Source: Candidatus Krumholzibacteriaceae bacterium
GTDB lineage: Archaea > Thermoproteota > Bathyarchaeia > TCS64
Assembly: GCA_035529515.1 (NCBI GenBank)
Contig: DATKWN010000016.1
Span: forward strand, 1 to 39,392
Reading direction: 5' to 3'
DNA: 39,392 nt
Made by a program: the position numbers and the translations under genes
The notes under the pieces: model-generated
Told to the model about the DNA's origin: nothing
What the model saw: only the letters and a program-made list of their open reading frames with translations
The model's database searches: none
Shown: in pieces, positions 16,156-25,759 of the stretch
Numbering within the stretch: the stretch's first letter is position 1
How the letters are laid out: each line of letters opens with the position of its first letter

Positions 16156-16912
16156 GATGGGAAGCAAGTATATTATTGAGACCAAGGGCCTGAACGTGGG
16201 TTACGGGCCTATCCACGTCATCTACGACCTGGACTTCAGGGTCCCAGACGGAGAGGTAACCATCGTTGTCGGCCCCAACGGCGTCGGCAAGACCACCCTC
16301 CTGAAAGCCCTCATGGGCCTCGCCACCGTCTACAGCGGCGACATCACCTTCGAGGGCCAGAGAATCAACGAGATGCCGGCCTACGAGAGAACGAAGCGCG
16401 GCATAGGCTACATGCCCCAGGTGGGCAACATATTCAGCAACCTGACTGTCCAAGACAACCTAAAGATGGCGGCGTACACCGTAAAGGATCCCGACATGAT
16501 CAAGGACAAGATGGAGTTCGTCTTCAACCTCTTCCCGGTGCTCAAGGACTTCATGCCGAGGGCGGCCGGAACCCTGAGCGGAGGCGAGCGCCAGATGCTC
16601 GCCGAGGGGATGGTGCTCATGAGGGACCCCAAGATGATGATGGTGGATGAGCCCACCGCCGGGCTGATGCCTAAGCTGGTCACCGACGTCATGAAGCAGC
16701 TCAAGGACATGGCCGACGAGACCGGTCTCCCCATCGTGCTGGTGGAGCAGCGCGCGAGGCGCGCCCTAGAATTTGGCGACTACGCGTACATGATGCGCGG
16801 CGGCAGGTTCACCTTCGAGGGCGGCGCACAGGAGCTCCTGAACCACCCGCAGCTCGAGGCCATGTACCTGGGCGCGGTCGAGGTACGCGAGCTCAAGACC
16901 ATCAGGGAGTAG
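16148..16912 (+). CDS. livF: Branched-chain amino acid ABC transporter ATP-binding protein (LivF type)
   Basis: 254 aa with Walker A GPNGVGKTT, signature LSGGERQML and Walker B MMVDEPTAGL. It overlaps livG by 8 nt. Confidence 0.9.
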   Translation: MSEMGSKYIIETKGLNVGYGPIHVIYDLDFRVPDGEVTIVVGPNGVGKTTLLKALMGLATVYSGDITFEGQRINEMPAYERTKRGIGYMPQVGNIFSNLTVQDNLKMAAYTVKDPDMIKDKMEFVFNLFPVLKDFMPRAAGTLSGGERQMLAEGMVLMRDPKMMMVDEPTAGLMPKLVTDVMKQLKDMADETGLPIVLVEQRARRALEFGDYAYMMRGGRFTFEGGAQELLNHPQLEAMYLGAVEVRELKTIRE

Positions 16913-17023
16913 CCCAAACCCTTTTCTCATCTTTACATCACGCCGCTAGGTTTTAGCCCCTGATCTATATCAACGGGGGACAACCGTTTAATCGGCACAC
17001 CCTCGAATCCTTCCTGATCCGTC

Positions 17024-17551
17024 GTGGACTCTGATGCGTCGCAAGGCCCCCAGGCCTTCTTCGAGCCGGGTGAGCTAGACGTCGCGTCCCTCATCCACGG
17101 CTTGTTCCTGAGCTACGTCCAGGTGACGGCGGGCATCGTCCCCGCCACCCGTTTCAGGTCCCTCGTGAGTCTGATGCGTGACGCCCTCTACAAGGTGACG
17201 GGAGTGCCCACCATATGGCTCATAACGATCCACAGCGTGGAGAAGACCCTCGACAAGTACTGCGGCCTCCTTGAGGCCTCGGGCGTCGCCGAGAAGGCGA
17301 CGGCGGTGATGGAGGACCCCCGGTCGTTCAGGTTCAACGTCCGGGGCTGCATGTTCGGGGGGGACTGCCGGAGACTGGTCTCAGGCACGTACGTCTGCCC
17401 CTTCGCCATGTTCGCCGGGTTCCTCGCCCAGGAGAGCAGCGGAGGCAAGGTGAGCATAGAGCCGAGCGAGAAGACCATGCTGGGGTCGAGGACCCTCGTC
17501 GTGGTGGGCGGCCCGGGGCTCCAGATGCAGAAGACCAACGTATACGTCTGA
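17024..17551 (+). CDS. Hypothetical Cys-containing protein (possibly V4R-like ligand-binding fold)
   Basis: 175 aa with a GTG start and genome-typical GC3 bias. The motif RGCMFGGDC...YVCPFAMFAGFL is vaguely V4R-like. No firm family assignment was made. Confidence 0.4.
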   Translation: MDSDASQGPQAFFEPGELDVASLIHGLFLSYVQVTAGIVPATRFRSLVSLMRDALYKVTGVPTIWLITIHSVEKTLDKYCGLLEASGVAEKATAVMEDPRSFRFNVRGCMFGGDCRRLVSGTYVCPFAMFAGFLAQESSGGKVSIEPSEKTMLGSRTLVVVGGPGLQMQKTNVYV

Positions 17552-17611
17552 CCGGGGCGCCGCCCTGCACAGCTCAGCTTAAACGCAGCAACGCCCATCA
17601 TATGACGCATC

Positions 17612-18745
17612 ATGGATGAGGGTTTAATGGATGTCTCCGCGATTCGTAGGGACTTCCCCGTCCTGAGGGACTGGGTATATCTTGATAACGCGTTCGTAGG
17701 GCTCATGCCGGCGCAGGTGAGGGACGGCTACGGCGAGTACGTGGACCAGTGGTACACGTTCGACACCACGGGGGACAGGACGATCCTCCAGGAGTGGCTG
17801 GCCAAGGCGAGGCGGGTGAGGGAGATGGTCGCGGCCTTCATCCACGTCTCCGCCGAGGAGGTCGCGTTCGACATGTGCACCGGCTCGGGGCTCAACATAG
17901 TTGTGAACGGCACCGAGTGGAGGAGAGGCGACAACGTCGTCTTCCCCGAGTGGGAGCACAACCCGCTGCACACCCACACCACGGCCAAGCACGGCGTCGA
18001 GCCCCGCGTATGGCCCCCCAGAAAAGGCGTCTTCGACACCGGCGACCTGGAGAGGCTCGTGGACGACGGGACCAGGCTAGTCCAGGTCAGCCAGGTGAGC
18101 TACGTCAACGGCCAGAGGCTCGACCTGGGGGATGTGGCCGGGGTAGCCCACAGCCACGGCGCCAAGGTGCTGGTGGACGCGACTCAGGCGGTGGGCGCCC
18201 TGGACGTAGACTACAGGAGGGACGGCGTGGACTACGTGAGCTTCGCCCCCTACAAGTACCTCATGGGCCCAGCGGGGCTCAGCTTCCTCTACGTGAAGCG
18301 GGAGAACCTCAAGGAGCTGACGCCGGACAGGACCGGATGGAAGAACCAGATATGGGGCGGCGACAACCCCGAGGACCCGGTCGACCTGGGAACCGCCGAG
18401 AAGTTCGAGTACGGGACACTCCACTTTCAGGGCATGTACGCCATGGAGCGGTCCCTGGAGTACCTGAACAGGGTAGGCATCGGCGACGTGGAGAAACGGA
18501 ACCTCATGCTCTCACGCTACATCTACGACCGACTATCCGGTATCGGGAAGAAGCTCTGGATGCCCGGCCCCGCGGCGTCGACGATAGTGAGCTACTTCCA
18601 GGAGGGTGCCGTGGAGCTGGCGGCGAGGCTCAAGTCGATGAAGATCAAGGTGACGGGCAGGTCGGCCCACGGCGACCACATACGGGTCTCGAACCACTTC
18701 TACAACACCAAGGAAGACGTGGACAGGCTCATGGAAAACGTCTAG
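17612..18745 (+). CDS. Class V aminotransferase / cysteine desulfurase-like PLP enzyme
   Basis: 377 aa with IRRDFPVL...VYLDNA at the N-terminus, a probable PLP-Lys region FAPYKYLMGPAGLSFLYV, and VLVDATQAVG. Confidence 0.82.
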   Translation: MDEGLMDVSAIRRDFPVLRDWVYLDNAFVGLMPAQVRDGYGEYVDQWYTFDTTGDRTILQEWLAKARRVREMVAAFIHVSAEEVAFDMCTGSGLNIVVNGTEWRRGDNVVFPEWEHNPLHTHTTAKHGVEPRVWPPRKGVFDTGDLERLVDDGTRLVQVSQVSYVNGQRLDLGDVAGVAHSHGAKVLVDATQAVGALDVDYRRDGVDYVSFAPYKYLMGPAGLSFLYVKRENLKELTPDRTGWKNQIWGGDNPEDPVDLGTAEKFEYGTLHFQGMYAMERSLEYLNRVGIGDVEKRNLMLSRYIYDRLSGIGKKLWMPGPAASTIVSYFQEGAVELAARLKSMKIKVTGRSAHGDHIRVSNHFYNTKEDVDRLMENV

Positions 18746-19506
18746 AGCCCGCCACGCTTCACGTAGTCGAGGCCTATCCCGCCGATTATCACCAGGGCCC
18801 CCAGGCCGGCGGCGTAGGGTATCAGGGGCTCCGACAATTGCTTGTAGACTATGCCGGAGAGGGCCCAGACGATGACCAGGCTGTAGGCGACGTCACCCCT
18901 CGTCCACAGGTTGACCAGCGTCAGGGCTAGGGCGACGGCGATCACCAGAACCGTCCAGTACGCGGCTGCCACGCCGTAGCTCTCCCACCCAGACGAGACC
19001 AGGAACGCCACTATGTTGGCTATGGGGGCCACCGTTATCCAGCCCAGGTAGACGCTGAACGGCAGGTGATAGTATATCCGCTGATCCCTGGACGCCTGGG
19101 CCCTGCCTATGTCCAGCCGGAGGTAGATCCCTATAAGCGAAGCCAGGAGCCCGAACATGGCCACCAGGCTCAGCGCGACCTGCCTCCAGTGCCAGAGGAA
19201 TATCCAGACGACGTTGAAGACGCTGCTCATCATGAAGAGCCACCCGATCTTCCTCAGAGTCTCGGCTTCCTCTCCGCCGCGCCTCAACTGGCGCACGGTG
19301 AACCCCAGGAGAAGGAGGTAGATGACGCCCCATATGGTGAAGACGTAGCCCGCGGGGACGAAGTAGTTGGGGTAGCTGTCTGACAGCTCGGCGGTGGTCA
19401 CGTTGTTGAGCGGTAGGATGTTGGCCAAGGCGTTCACGACTACCACGGCCGCGAAGCTCAACGCGTTCCCCAACTGCAGGACCCTGACGTCCGTTGCTTG
19501 TTCCAT
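18742..19506 (-). CDS. TspO/MBR-related integral membrane protein
   Basis: 254-aa multi-TM protein, Trp-rich. Its N-terminal region NALANILPLNNVTTAELSDSYPNYFVPAGYVFTIWGVIYLLL resembles the extended TspO-like family. The listed 18893..19600(-) ORF is a shadow frame. Confidence 0.5.
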   Translation of the reverse strand: MEQATDVRVLQLGNALSFAAVVVVNALANILPLNNVTTAELSDSYPNYFVPAGYVFTIWGVIYLLLLGFTVRQLRRGGEEAETLRKIGWLFMMSSVFNVVWIFLWHWRQVALSLVAMFGLLASLIGIYLRLDIGRAQASRDQRIYYHLPFSVYLGWITVAPIANIVAFLVSSGWESYGVAAAYWTVLVIAVALALTLVNLWTRGDVAYSLVIVWALSGIVYKQLSEPLIPYAAGLGALVIIGGIGLDYVKRGGL

Positions 19507-19538
19507 GTTTATTCGTCGGGAAGGAGCCTAGATAAGGC

Positions 19539-19581
19539 ATTTGGGCAGTAAACATGAAACGTTTGGGCATTAAACATGAAA
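19539..19581. repeat. Tandem 21-nt direct repeat in the TspO-like / guaA divergent intergenic region
   Basis: ATTTGGGCAGTAAACATGAAA (19539-19559) and GTTTGGGCATTAAACATGAAA (19561-19581) match at 19/21 positions with a 22-nt period. A TATA-like TTATTTAA lies at 19604-19611. Confidence 0.7.
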
Positions 19582-19647
19582 TATCTATGCAAACTTGCAC
19601 GATTATTTAACAAAAACATTAAAACAGCCATCCATTCATGATAGTCA

Positions 19648-21198
19648 ATGACCCCCGAGACACGACCCGACGGGATAACCATCCTGGACTTCGACGGCCA
19701 GTATTGCCACCTCATCGCCCGCAGGGTCCGCGAGATGAACGTCTACAGCGAGATCCTGTCCAGCGACGCGACTAGGGCTGAGGTGGAAGCCCTGGGCTCG
19801 GTGATGAACGTGAAGGGAGTCATATTCTCAGGGAGCCCCAGCAGCGTCAAGGCGGAGGACGCCCTCACCCTCGACCCCGACATACTCGCGATGGGAGTCC
19901 CGGTCCTCGGGCTATGCTACGGGCTGCAGCTCCTCGCCGACATGCACGGCGGGGAGCTGGCGAAGGCCAGGGAGTACGGCGTGACCAAAGCCTACATCGA
20001 TGAACCCATGGGGGTGCTGGAGGGGCTTGACGCATGCGAGCAGGTGTGGATGAGCCACGGAGACACGGTTTTCAAGGCGCCAGATGGCTTCAGGGTCATG
20101 GCCCACACCGACAGGGCGCCGGTCGCCGCCATGAGGTACGACGAGAAACCTATCTGGGGCCTCCAGTGGCACCCCGAGGTGGTCCACACAGCGCGCGGCG
20201 CGGAGATGCTCAGGAACTATGTTTTCAAGGTCTGCGGCTGCGAGCCCAACTGGAAGCCGCGGGACAGGGTGGAGGAGGCGATCCAGGCGATCAAGGATGC
20301 CGTGGGGGACGGGAAAGCCATCATCGCCCTGAGCGGAGGCGTGGACTCCAGCGTAGCCGCCGCACTAGCGGGGAAAGCCCTAGGTGGGAACCTGATGGCC
20401 GTCCACGTCGACCAGGGCCTCATGAGGGCGAACGAGTCCGCCGAGGTGGAGGCCGCCTTCAAGGACAGGGGCCTCAACCTGGTGGTGGTGGATGCGAGGG
20501 AGAGGTTTCTCAGGAGGCTTAAAGGCGTGGTCGACCCCGAGGAGAAGCGGAAGATCATCGGGGAGGAGTTCATCAGGGTCTTCGAGGAGGAGGCCCGGGA
20601 GTTCGGGGCCGAGTACCTCATCCAGGGGACTATCTACCCCGACAGGATCGAGTCTGGGCTGACCCGGAACAGCGACACGATAAAGACCCACCACAACGTG
20701 GGTGGGTTACCCCTCCAGATGATGTTCAAGGAGGTAATCGACCCATTGGGGGACTTATACAAGGACGAGGTCAGGGGGCTGGGGGAGCGTCTGGGGCTCC
20801 CGGGGGAGCTTGTGTGGAGGCAGCCCTTCCCCGGGCCGGGCCTAGCCGTCAGGATGATCGGCCCCATCACGGATGCTAAGTTGGATGCGCTCAGGAAGGC
20901 GGACGCCATAGTCTGCGAGGAGGTGGAGGCCCACCCCTTCAGGGACAGGCTCTGGCAGTACTTCGCCGTGCTGACCAACACCAAGACCACGGGGGTGAAG
21001 GGCGACGAGCGGGCGTACGGGTGGACCATAGCCGTCAGGGTGGTCGAGAGCGTCGACGCGATGACCGCCAGCTTCAGCAAGGCGCCGTGGGAGGTCCTGG
21101 AGCGTATAAGCAACAGGATAGGCAACGAGGTACCCGGCGTCACCCGGGTCGTCTACGACATAACCCATAAACCCCCGTCCACGATAGAGTGGGAGTGA
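19648..21198 (+). CDS. guaA: GMP synthase (glutamine-hydrolysing), fused GATase + ATP-pyrophosphatase
   Basis: 516 aa with a GATase Cys region GLCYGLQL, the PP-loop SGGVDSSV, and a C-terminal ...KPPSTIEWE. Confidence 0.95.
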   Translation: MTPETRPDGITILDFDGQYCHLIARRVREMNVYSEILSSDATRAEVEALGSVMNVKGVIFSGSPSSVKAEDALTLDPDILAMGVPVLGLCYGLQLLADMHGGELAKAREYGVTKAYIDEPMGVLEGLDACEQVWMSHGDTVFKAPDGFRVMAHTDRAPVAAMRYDEKPIWGLQWHPEVVHTARGAEMLRNYVFKVCGCEPNWKPRDRVEEAIQAIKDAVGDGKAIIALSGGVDSSVAAALAGKALGGNLMAVHVDQGLMRANESAEVEAAFKDRGLNLVVVDARERFLRRLKGVVDPEEKRKIIGEEFIRVFEEEAREFGAEYLIQGTIYPDRIESGLTRNSDTIKTHHNVGGLPLQMMFKEVIDPLGDLYKDEVRGLGERLGLPGELVWRQPFPGPGLAVRMIGPITDAKLDALRKADAIVCEEVEAHPFRDRLWQYFAVLTNTKTTGVKGDERAYGWTIAVRVVESVDAMTASFSKAPWEVLERISNRIGNEVPGVTRVVYDITHKPPSTIEWE

Positions 21199-21623
21199 TG
21201 ACAGGCTTCACCTACCCGGAGGGGGGCCCGCTGGCGGACCTCCTCGTCGAGGCCACCGGCTCCACCCTCGGAGAGGCTTTCGCCAACCTGGCCCTCGGCA
21301 TGTTTAACGCCATGACGCCCATCGAGGGAATAGCCGAGAAAGAGGAGTTCACCTTGGAGGCCGAGGGGATGGACATGGAGAGCCTGTTCTTCAACCTCAT
21401 GGACGAGTTCATCTACCTGAACGACGTCGAGTTCCTGGTTCCGAGAAGGATCGATATACAGGTTGACATGGATGGTTTCACCGCCAAGGCTCGGTGCGTA
21501 GGCGAGAGGTTCAGCAGAGAGACCCATGAGGTGGGTATCGCCGTCAAGGCCGTCACGTACCACATGATGGAGATGGCTGAGGAGGAGAATGGCTGGCGGG
21601 TCCGTATGGTGTTCGACACCTAG
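21198..21623 (+). CDS. Archease
   Basis: ATG 21198 shares one nucleotide (21198) with the guaA stop. Archease-like termini are present (...LLVEATGSTLGEAFANLALGMFN... and VKAVTYHMMEM...WRVRMVFDT). Confidence 0.82.
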   Translation: MTGFTYPEGGPLADLLVEATGSTLGEAFANLALGMFNAMTPIEGIAEKEEFTLEAEGMDMESLFFNLMDEFIYLNDVEFLVPRRIDIQVDMDGFTAKARCVGERFSRETHEVGIAVKAVTYHMMEMAEEENGWRVRMVFDT

Positions 21624-22222
21624 AGACCGAGAAGCTCAACCAGTTCCTCGGCGGCTCTTCTGTACCCATCGTCTTTCAGCAGCCGGACGTTGGCTAGGAT
21701 GTGGGCGATGGACTTGCCGACGTGGGGCTCCAGCTGCACGCCCGCGGCCCTCATCTTCCGGCGGTCCTCGAACTCCTTCTTCTGTCCAAGGTAGAGGACC
21801 CGGAGGAGCTCCCTAACGCGGGGCCTGTTTTCCTGGTCCACCTCAAGCCCGTATGCCTCGAGGCCCCTCATCAATCGGTCCATCAGGTCCTCCTGCCAGG
21901 CACGGTATTCCTCGTCTGCCACCATGGTCTCGTCAAGGTAGTAGCTCACGTGGAAGCTGTAGGCGGCCGCCCGGTAGTATGGCTGGAGCTTGTTCTGGAC
22001 GACCTCGATCCTCGCCTTCACCACGAGGCCCGCGTCCTCCAGCTGCCTAATATGGTAGACGACGCTGCTATAGTTCCTGTCCAGCGCCTTAACCAGGTCG
22101 GCGGCGCTCATCTCCTTGTGGGTGACGAGATGAAGTATCTGGCGTCGCAGCTGATCCGAGAAAAGCTTCGCCATCGCCGGGTCTTTCACGACGATCACTC
22201 CTTTCGGCTCGTACTCATCCAT
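21620..22222 (-). CDS. Winged-helix (ArsR-type) transcriptional regulator with C-terminal extension
   Basis: 200 aa with an N-terminal wHTH (RRQILHLVTHKEMSAADLVKALDRNYSSVVYHIRQLEDAGLV). It lies 3 nt downstream of the MFS gene. Confidence 0.7.
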   Translation of the reverse strand: MDEYEPKGVIVVKDPAMAKLFSDQLRRQILHLVTHKEMSAADLVKALDRNYSSVVYHIRQLEDAGLVVKARIEVVQNKLQPYYRAAAYSFHVSYYLDETMVADEEYRAWQEDLMDRLMRGLEAYGLEVDQENRPRVRELLRVLYLGQKKEFEDRRKMRAAGVQLEPHVGKSIAHILANVRLLKDDGYRRAAEELVELLGL

Positions 22223-22225
22223 TTT

Positions 22226-23611
22226 CTAAGCCTCCGCCTCGTTGACCTGTTTTATCCTGCCCCTCACCAGAGACGCTGCTACGCCTGGGATACAGAGCAC
22301 GAAGAAAACCGTGAACGTGGTCTTTATGCTCGTGAGCAACTGCGGATACAGCTCAGGCGTTATCTGGGCGCCGCCAAGGTTTATCGCGAACAGGGTCATG
22401 GCGATTCCCGTGCTCAGCATCTGGCCTGTGAGCCTCATGGTCCCCACCGTCGACGACGCCACGCCGTAGTGTCTCCTGTCCACGGAGCCCATCACCGCGT
22501 TGGTGTTGGGGGACGCGAAGAGCGCCAACCCGACGCCCAGGAGGGCAAGGCTCCCGGCTATGTAGATCAGGGACGTCTCCGCTTCGAGAAAAATGAAGGG
22601 GACGATGGAGACCCCCGTCACCGTCATCCCGACCGCGGCCAGCCTGTGCGGCGCATACCTGTCGCTCAGCCTCCCCGCGACGGGAGAGACGATGGCCTGC
22701 ATCACGGGTGAGGCGATCATTACCATGCCAGCCTGCTGGGCGTTCAGGGCCTTCAGGTACTGCAGGTACATGCTCAGGAGGAGAGTCATGGCGAACGTGG
22801 CGCTGAAGTTGATCAAGGCGGCTAGGTTACTGTAGCTGAACGCCTTGTTGCTCGCGAAGAGCCTCACATCCAGAACCGGGTTCTCGGCTCTTGCCTCCAC
22901 GTATATGAACACCCCCAGCAATAGGAGCCCCCCTGCGATCCAGGTCCACGCGTCGGCGCCGGGCAGCAGCGACATCCCATACATCAAGACTAGAAGCATG
23001 ACGCTGTACACGCCGGAGCCTGCCAGGTCGAACCTCTTGTCGCCGGGCTCCGCCCAGTCACCCCTTATCTTGGTCAGAGTCGCGGCGATCACCAGCAGCC
23101 CTACGGCGACGTTCACCAGGAAGATGCTTCTCCACCCGAAGCTTGTGGTCAGAAACCCGCCGAGGGTAGGACCCACGGAGAGCCCCACGTAGACCGCCGC
23201 GACGTTCAGGCCGAGCACCCTCCCCCTCTCATGGGGCTCATGAACCGTGACCAGGATGGCTACGCTGGTGCCGAATATCATGGCGGAGCCGAGGCCCTGC
23301 ATGGCCCTGAAGGCTATGATTGTTGAGCTGGAGGGGTAGACGGCGAGGAGCCCCGAGGCGACGGTGAAGACGGCTATCCCGTACAGGAAGACCCTCTTCC
23401 TGCCGTACATGTCGGCGACCTTGCCGAAGGGGATGAGGAACATGGCGGAGGTGAGGAGGTAGGCGAGGCTGGCCCAGCTCATGGAGACGGCGCTGAGAGC
23501 GTACTCCCTGGCTATGCTGGGGAGGGCTATGTTGAAGCTGCTCCCCGAGAACGGCGTCAGGAAGCCACTCAAAGCCATCGATATCTGGACTGCCCGCTTG
23601 TCCGCCTCCAA
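22226..23611 (-). CDS. MFS transporter (14-TM drug:H+ antiporter, DHA2-like)
   Basis: 461 aa, highly hydrophobic, with MFS motif A-like GKVADMYGRKRVF. Confidence 0.82.
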   Translation of the reverse strand: MEADKRAVQISMALSGFLTPFSGSSFNIALPSIAREYALSAVSMSWASLAYLLTSAMFLIPFGKVADMYGRKRVFLYGIAVFTVASGLLAVYPSSSTIIAFRAMQGLGSAMIFGTSVAILVTVHEPHERGRVLGLNVAAVYVGLSVGPTLGGFLTTSFGWRSIFLVNVAVGLLVIAATLTKIRGDWAEPGDKRFDLAGSGVYSVMLLVLMYGMSLLPGADAWTWIAGGLLLLGVFIYVEARAENPVLDVRLFASNKAFSYSNLAALINFSATFAMTLLLSMYLQYLKALNAQQAGMVMIASPVMQAIVSPVAGRLSDRYAPHRLAAVGMTVTGVSIVPFIFLEAETSLIYIAGSLALLGVGLALFASPNTNAVMGSVDRRHYGVASSTVGTMRLTGQMLSTGIAMTLFAINLGGAQITPELYPQLLTSIKTTFTVFFVLCIPGVAASLVRGRIKQVNEAEA

Positions 23612-23694
23612 TCCCTAGAACATCCCTCTCTTGTTCCCGGGGCACTCCCAGCCGAGTTTCCTCGCGTGTGTCAAGCTTACATCCACCACAAATA

Positions 23695-23717
23695 ACTACA
23701 CAGTTGTGTAGTACTAC
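23695..23717. promoter_or_regulatory. Overlapping palindromes (operator candidate) next to a TATA box upstream of the MFS-regulator operon
   Basis: ACTACACA-GT-TGTGTAGT (23695-23712) has 8-nt arms. GTAGTACTAC (23708-23717) is a perfect 10-nt palindrome. TTTATAAAAA lies at 23721-23730. Confidence 0.5.
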
Positions 23718-23755
23718 ATATTTATAAAAATGGTTGTGGGGCCGTGTTAAAAAGA

Positions 23756-24103
23756 TTAAAGTAAGACGGTGGACTCCGTGGGGCGCGGCGTCTTAACGAC
23801 GAGGACCTTGAGGTCCGAGTCAGACTCGTTGTACCAGCAGTGCACTACCCTGGCGGGGCTGTGAACCGCCGAGTCCCTTCCCACAGCCATCTTCTCGTCG
23901 CCGATCTCCACTACGCCCTCTCCCTCAAGCACGTAGAACATCACGTCCACGGGGGTGATGTGCCGCCTAAGCCTCTCGCCCTGCCTCAGCAATATATGGA
24001 CCCCCAAGGCGTTCTCATGGTCGTATATCTTCTTGGTCTCCACGCCATGCGGGTTCTTCCCAGGCGCCGTGTCAGCTACACGGGTGATCTCCATCAGCTT
24101 CAC
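23756..24103 (-). CDS. Cupin domain protein
   Basis: 115 aa with cupin-like motifs (...GVHILLRQGERLRRHITPVDVMFYVLEGEG... HSPARVVHCWYN). It lies 20 nt downstream of hcp. Confidence 0.72.
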   Translation of the reverse strand: MKLMEITRVADTAPGKNPHGVETKKIYDHENALGVHILLRQGERLRRHITPVDVMFYVLEGEGVVEIGDEKMAVGRDSAVHSPARVVHCWYNESDSDLKVLVVKTPRPTESTVLL

Positions 24104-24123
24104 CTATAGAAAAATTGATGGGT

Positions 24124-25743
24124 TTACCCCAGGATGGCCTTGAGGTCCTCGTCGGGCGTGGTTATGAGCATTACGTTGAAGTTCTCCACCAGCACCTTCA
24201 GCACGTTTGGCGTGACGAAGGCCGGGAGGCTCGGCCCGATCCTGATATCCTTTATGCCAAGGTAAAGCAGCGTCAGCAGAATGGCGACGGCCTTCTGCTC
24301 GTACCAGCTCAGTATCATGCTCAGGGGCAGCTCGTTGACGCCCACCCCGAAGGCGTCGGCTAGGGCCACTGCTATCTGGACAGCGCTGTACGCGTCGTTG
24401 CACTGGCCCACGTCAAGTAGACGCGGGATTCCGCCGATGTCGCCAAGCTCCTTGTCGAAGAACCTGAACTTACCGCAGGCCAGCGTCAGCACCACGGTGT
24501 CCTTGGGCGCCTTCTCAACGAACTCCGTGTAGTAGCTGCGGCCCGGCTTGGCGCCGTCGCAGCCACCCACCAGGAAGAAGTGCCTTATCTTCTTGTCCTT
24601 CACCGCGTTGACGACGGCCTCGGCTACGCCGAGAACGGCGTTGCGGGCGAAGCCCACCGTGACCTCCTTGCTAGGCGCGTCCTCCTTGAAGCCCGACATC
24701 TCCAGGGCCTTCTCGATGGCTGGGGTGAAGTCCTTGTCCTCTATGTGGGCCACGCCGGGCCAGCCGACGAGGCCGGTGGTGAATATGTTGCCCCTGTAGG
24801 ATTCCAGCGGCTTCTGGATGCAGTTGGTGGTCATCACGATGGCGCCCGGGAACTGGCTGAACTCCCTCTGCTGGTTCTGCCACGCCGTACCGTAGTGGCC
24901 GTAGAAGTGCCTGTACTTCTTCAGCCCCGGGTAGCCGTGGGTGGGCAGCATCTCGCCGTGGGTGTAGACGTAGATGCCTTTTCCCTCTGTCTGCTGCAGT
25001 ATCTTCTCCAGGTCCATCAGATCGTGACCGCTGACTAGGATCGCTTTGCCCTTCCTGTGGCCTAGGGGCACCTTCGTCGGCACGGGGTGTCCGTAGTGGC
25101 CTGTGTTGCCGGTGTCCAGTAGCTCCATGGCGCGGAGGTTAATCGCACCGCACTTCATCACGAGGTCGTACATCTCGGGAACAGTCTTCTTTGGATCCAA
25201 GGTGGCGGCGAGACCCTCGTGGATGAAGGCGTAGACTGCTTCGTCCTCCTGGCCCAACAGTGCCGCGTGGTCTGCGTACGCCGCCACGCCCTTTATCCCG
25301 AAGACCAGCAGCCACTTGAGGCTGTGCACATCTGAGTCGGCGTCAACGTCGGACATGATGCCGTGCATGGCGCCCTGCTTGATCATGGCGCCGAGGGTCT
25401 TCTCCGGCTTGAAGAGGGCTGCCTCGTGGTACTTCTTGGCTCCTGCCTTCTCCTTCTCTTTGAGCCTCTTCCTGAGCTCCACGGCCTTGTTTATCATGGG
25501 TGGGAACCTCTCCGGGTCGAAGTTCACGTTTGTGAGTGTGCTGAACGCCGCTTCGCAGGTGAACCTGTTTGCCTCGCCGTCGCTTATCCCGTGCCTACGG
25601 GCCTCCGCGGCGACCGCCGAGAGACCCTTCAAGGCGTAGACTAGCAGGTCCTGGAGAGTAGCTACCTCCGGGCTCTTGCCGCATACTCCGAACCTGGTGC
25701 AACCGGTTCCTCCGGCCGTCTGCTCACATTGATAACAAAACAT
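24124..25743 (-). CDS. hcp: Hybrid cluster protein / hydroxylamine reductase
   Basis: 539 aa with the N-terminal Cys motif MFCYQCEQTAGGTGCTRFGVCGK and conserved Hcp core sequence. Confidence 0.95.
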   Translation of the reverse strand: MFCYQCEQTAGGTGCTRFGVCGKSPEVATLQDLLVYALKGLSAVAAEARRHGISDGEANRFTCEAAFSTLTNVNFDPERFPPMINKAVELRKRLKEKEKAGAKKYHEAALFKPEKTLGAMIKQGAMHGIMSDVDADSDVHSLKWLLVFGIKGVAAYADHAALLGQEDEAVYAFIHEGLAATLDPKKTVPEMYDLVMKCGAINLRAMELLDTGNTGHYGHPVPTKVPLGHRKGKAILVSGHDLMDLEKILQQTEGKGIYVYTHGEMLPTHGYPGLKKYRHFYGHYGTAWQNQQREFSQFPGAIVMTTNCIQKPLESYRGNIFTTGLVGWPGVAHIEDKDFTPAIEKALEMSGFKEDAPSKEVTVGFARNAVLGVAEAVVNAVKDKKIRHFFLVGGCDGAKPGRSYYTEFVEKAPKDTVVLTLACGKFRFFDKELGDIGGIPRLLDVGQCNDAYSAVQIAVALADAFGVGVNELPLSMILSWYEQKAVAILLTLLYLGIKDIRIGPSLPAFVTPNVLKVLVENFNVMLITTPDEDLKAILG

Positions 25744-25759
25744 TCTATCTCATCTCCTC

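Noticed and set aside
17749-18930. 393-aa plus-strand ORF overlapping the aminotransferase gene and the TspO-like gene
   Set aside because: It is an Arg/Gly/Pro-rich shadow frame. The competing frame has class V aminotransferase motifs.
21701-22711. 336-aa plus-strand ORF antisense to the wHTH regulator and MFS genes
   Set aside because: It is low-complexity (His/Arg/Leu/Pro-rich). The opposite-strand frames encode a recognisable wHTH domain and a 14-TM transporter.
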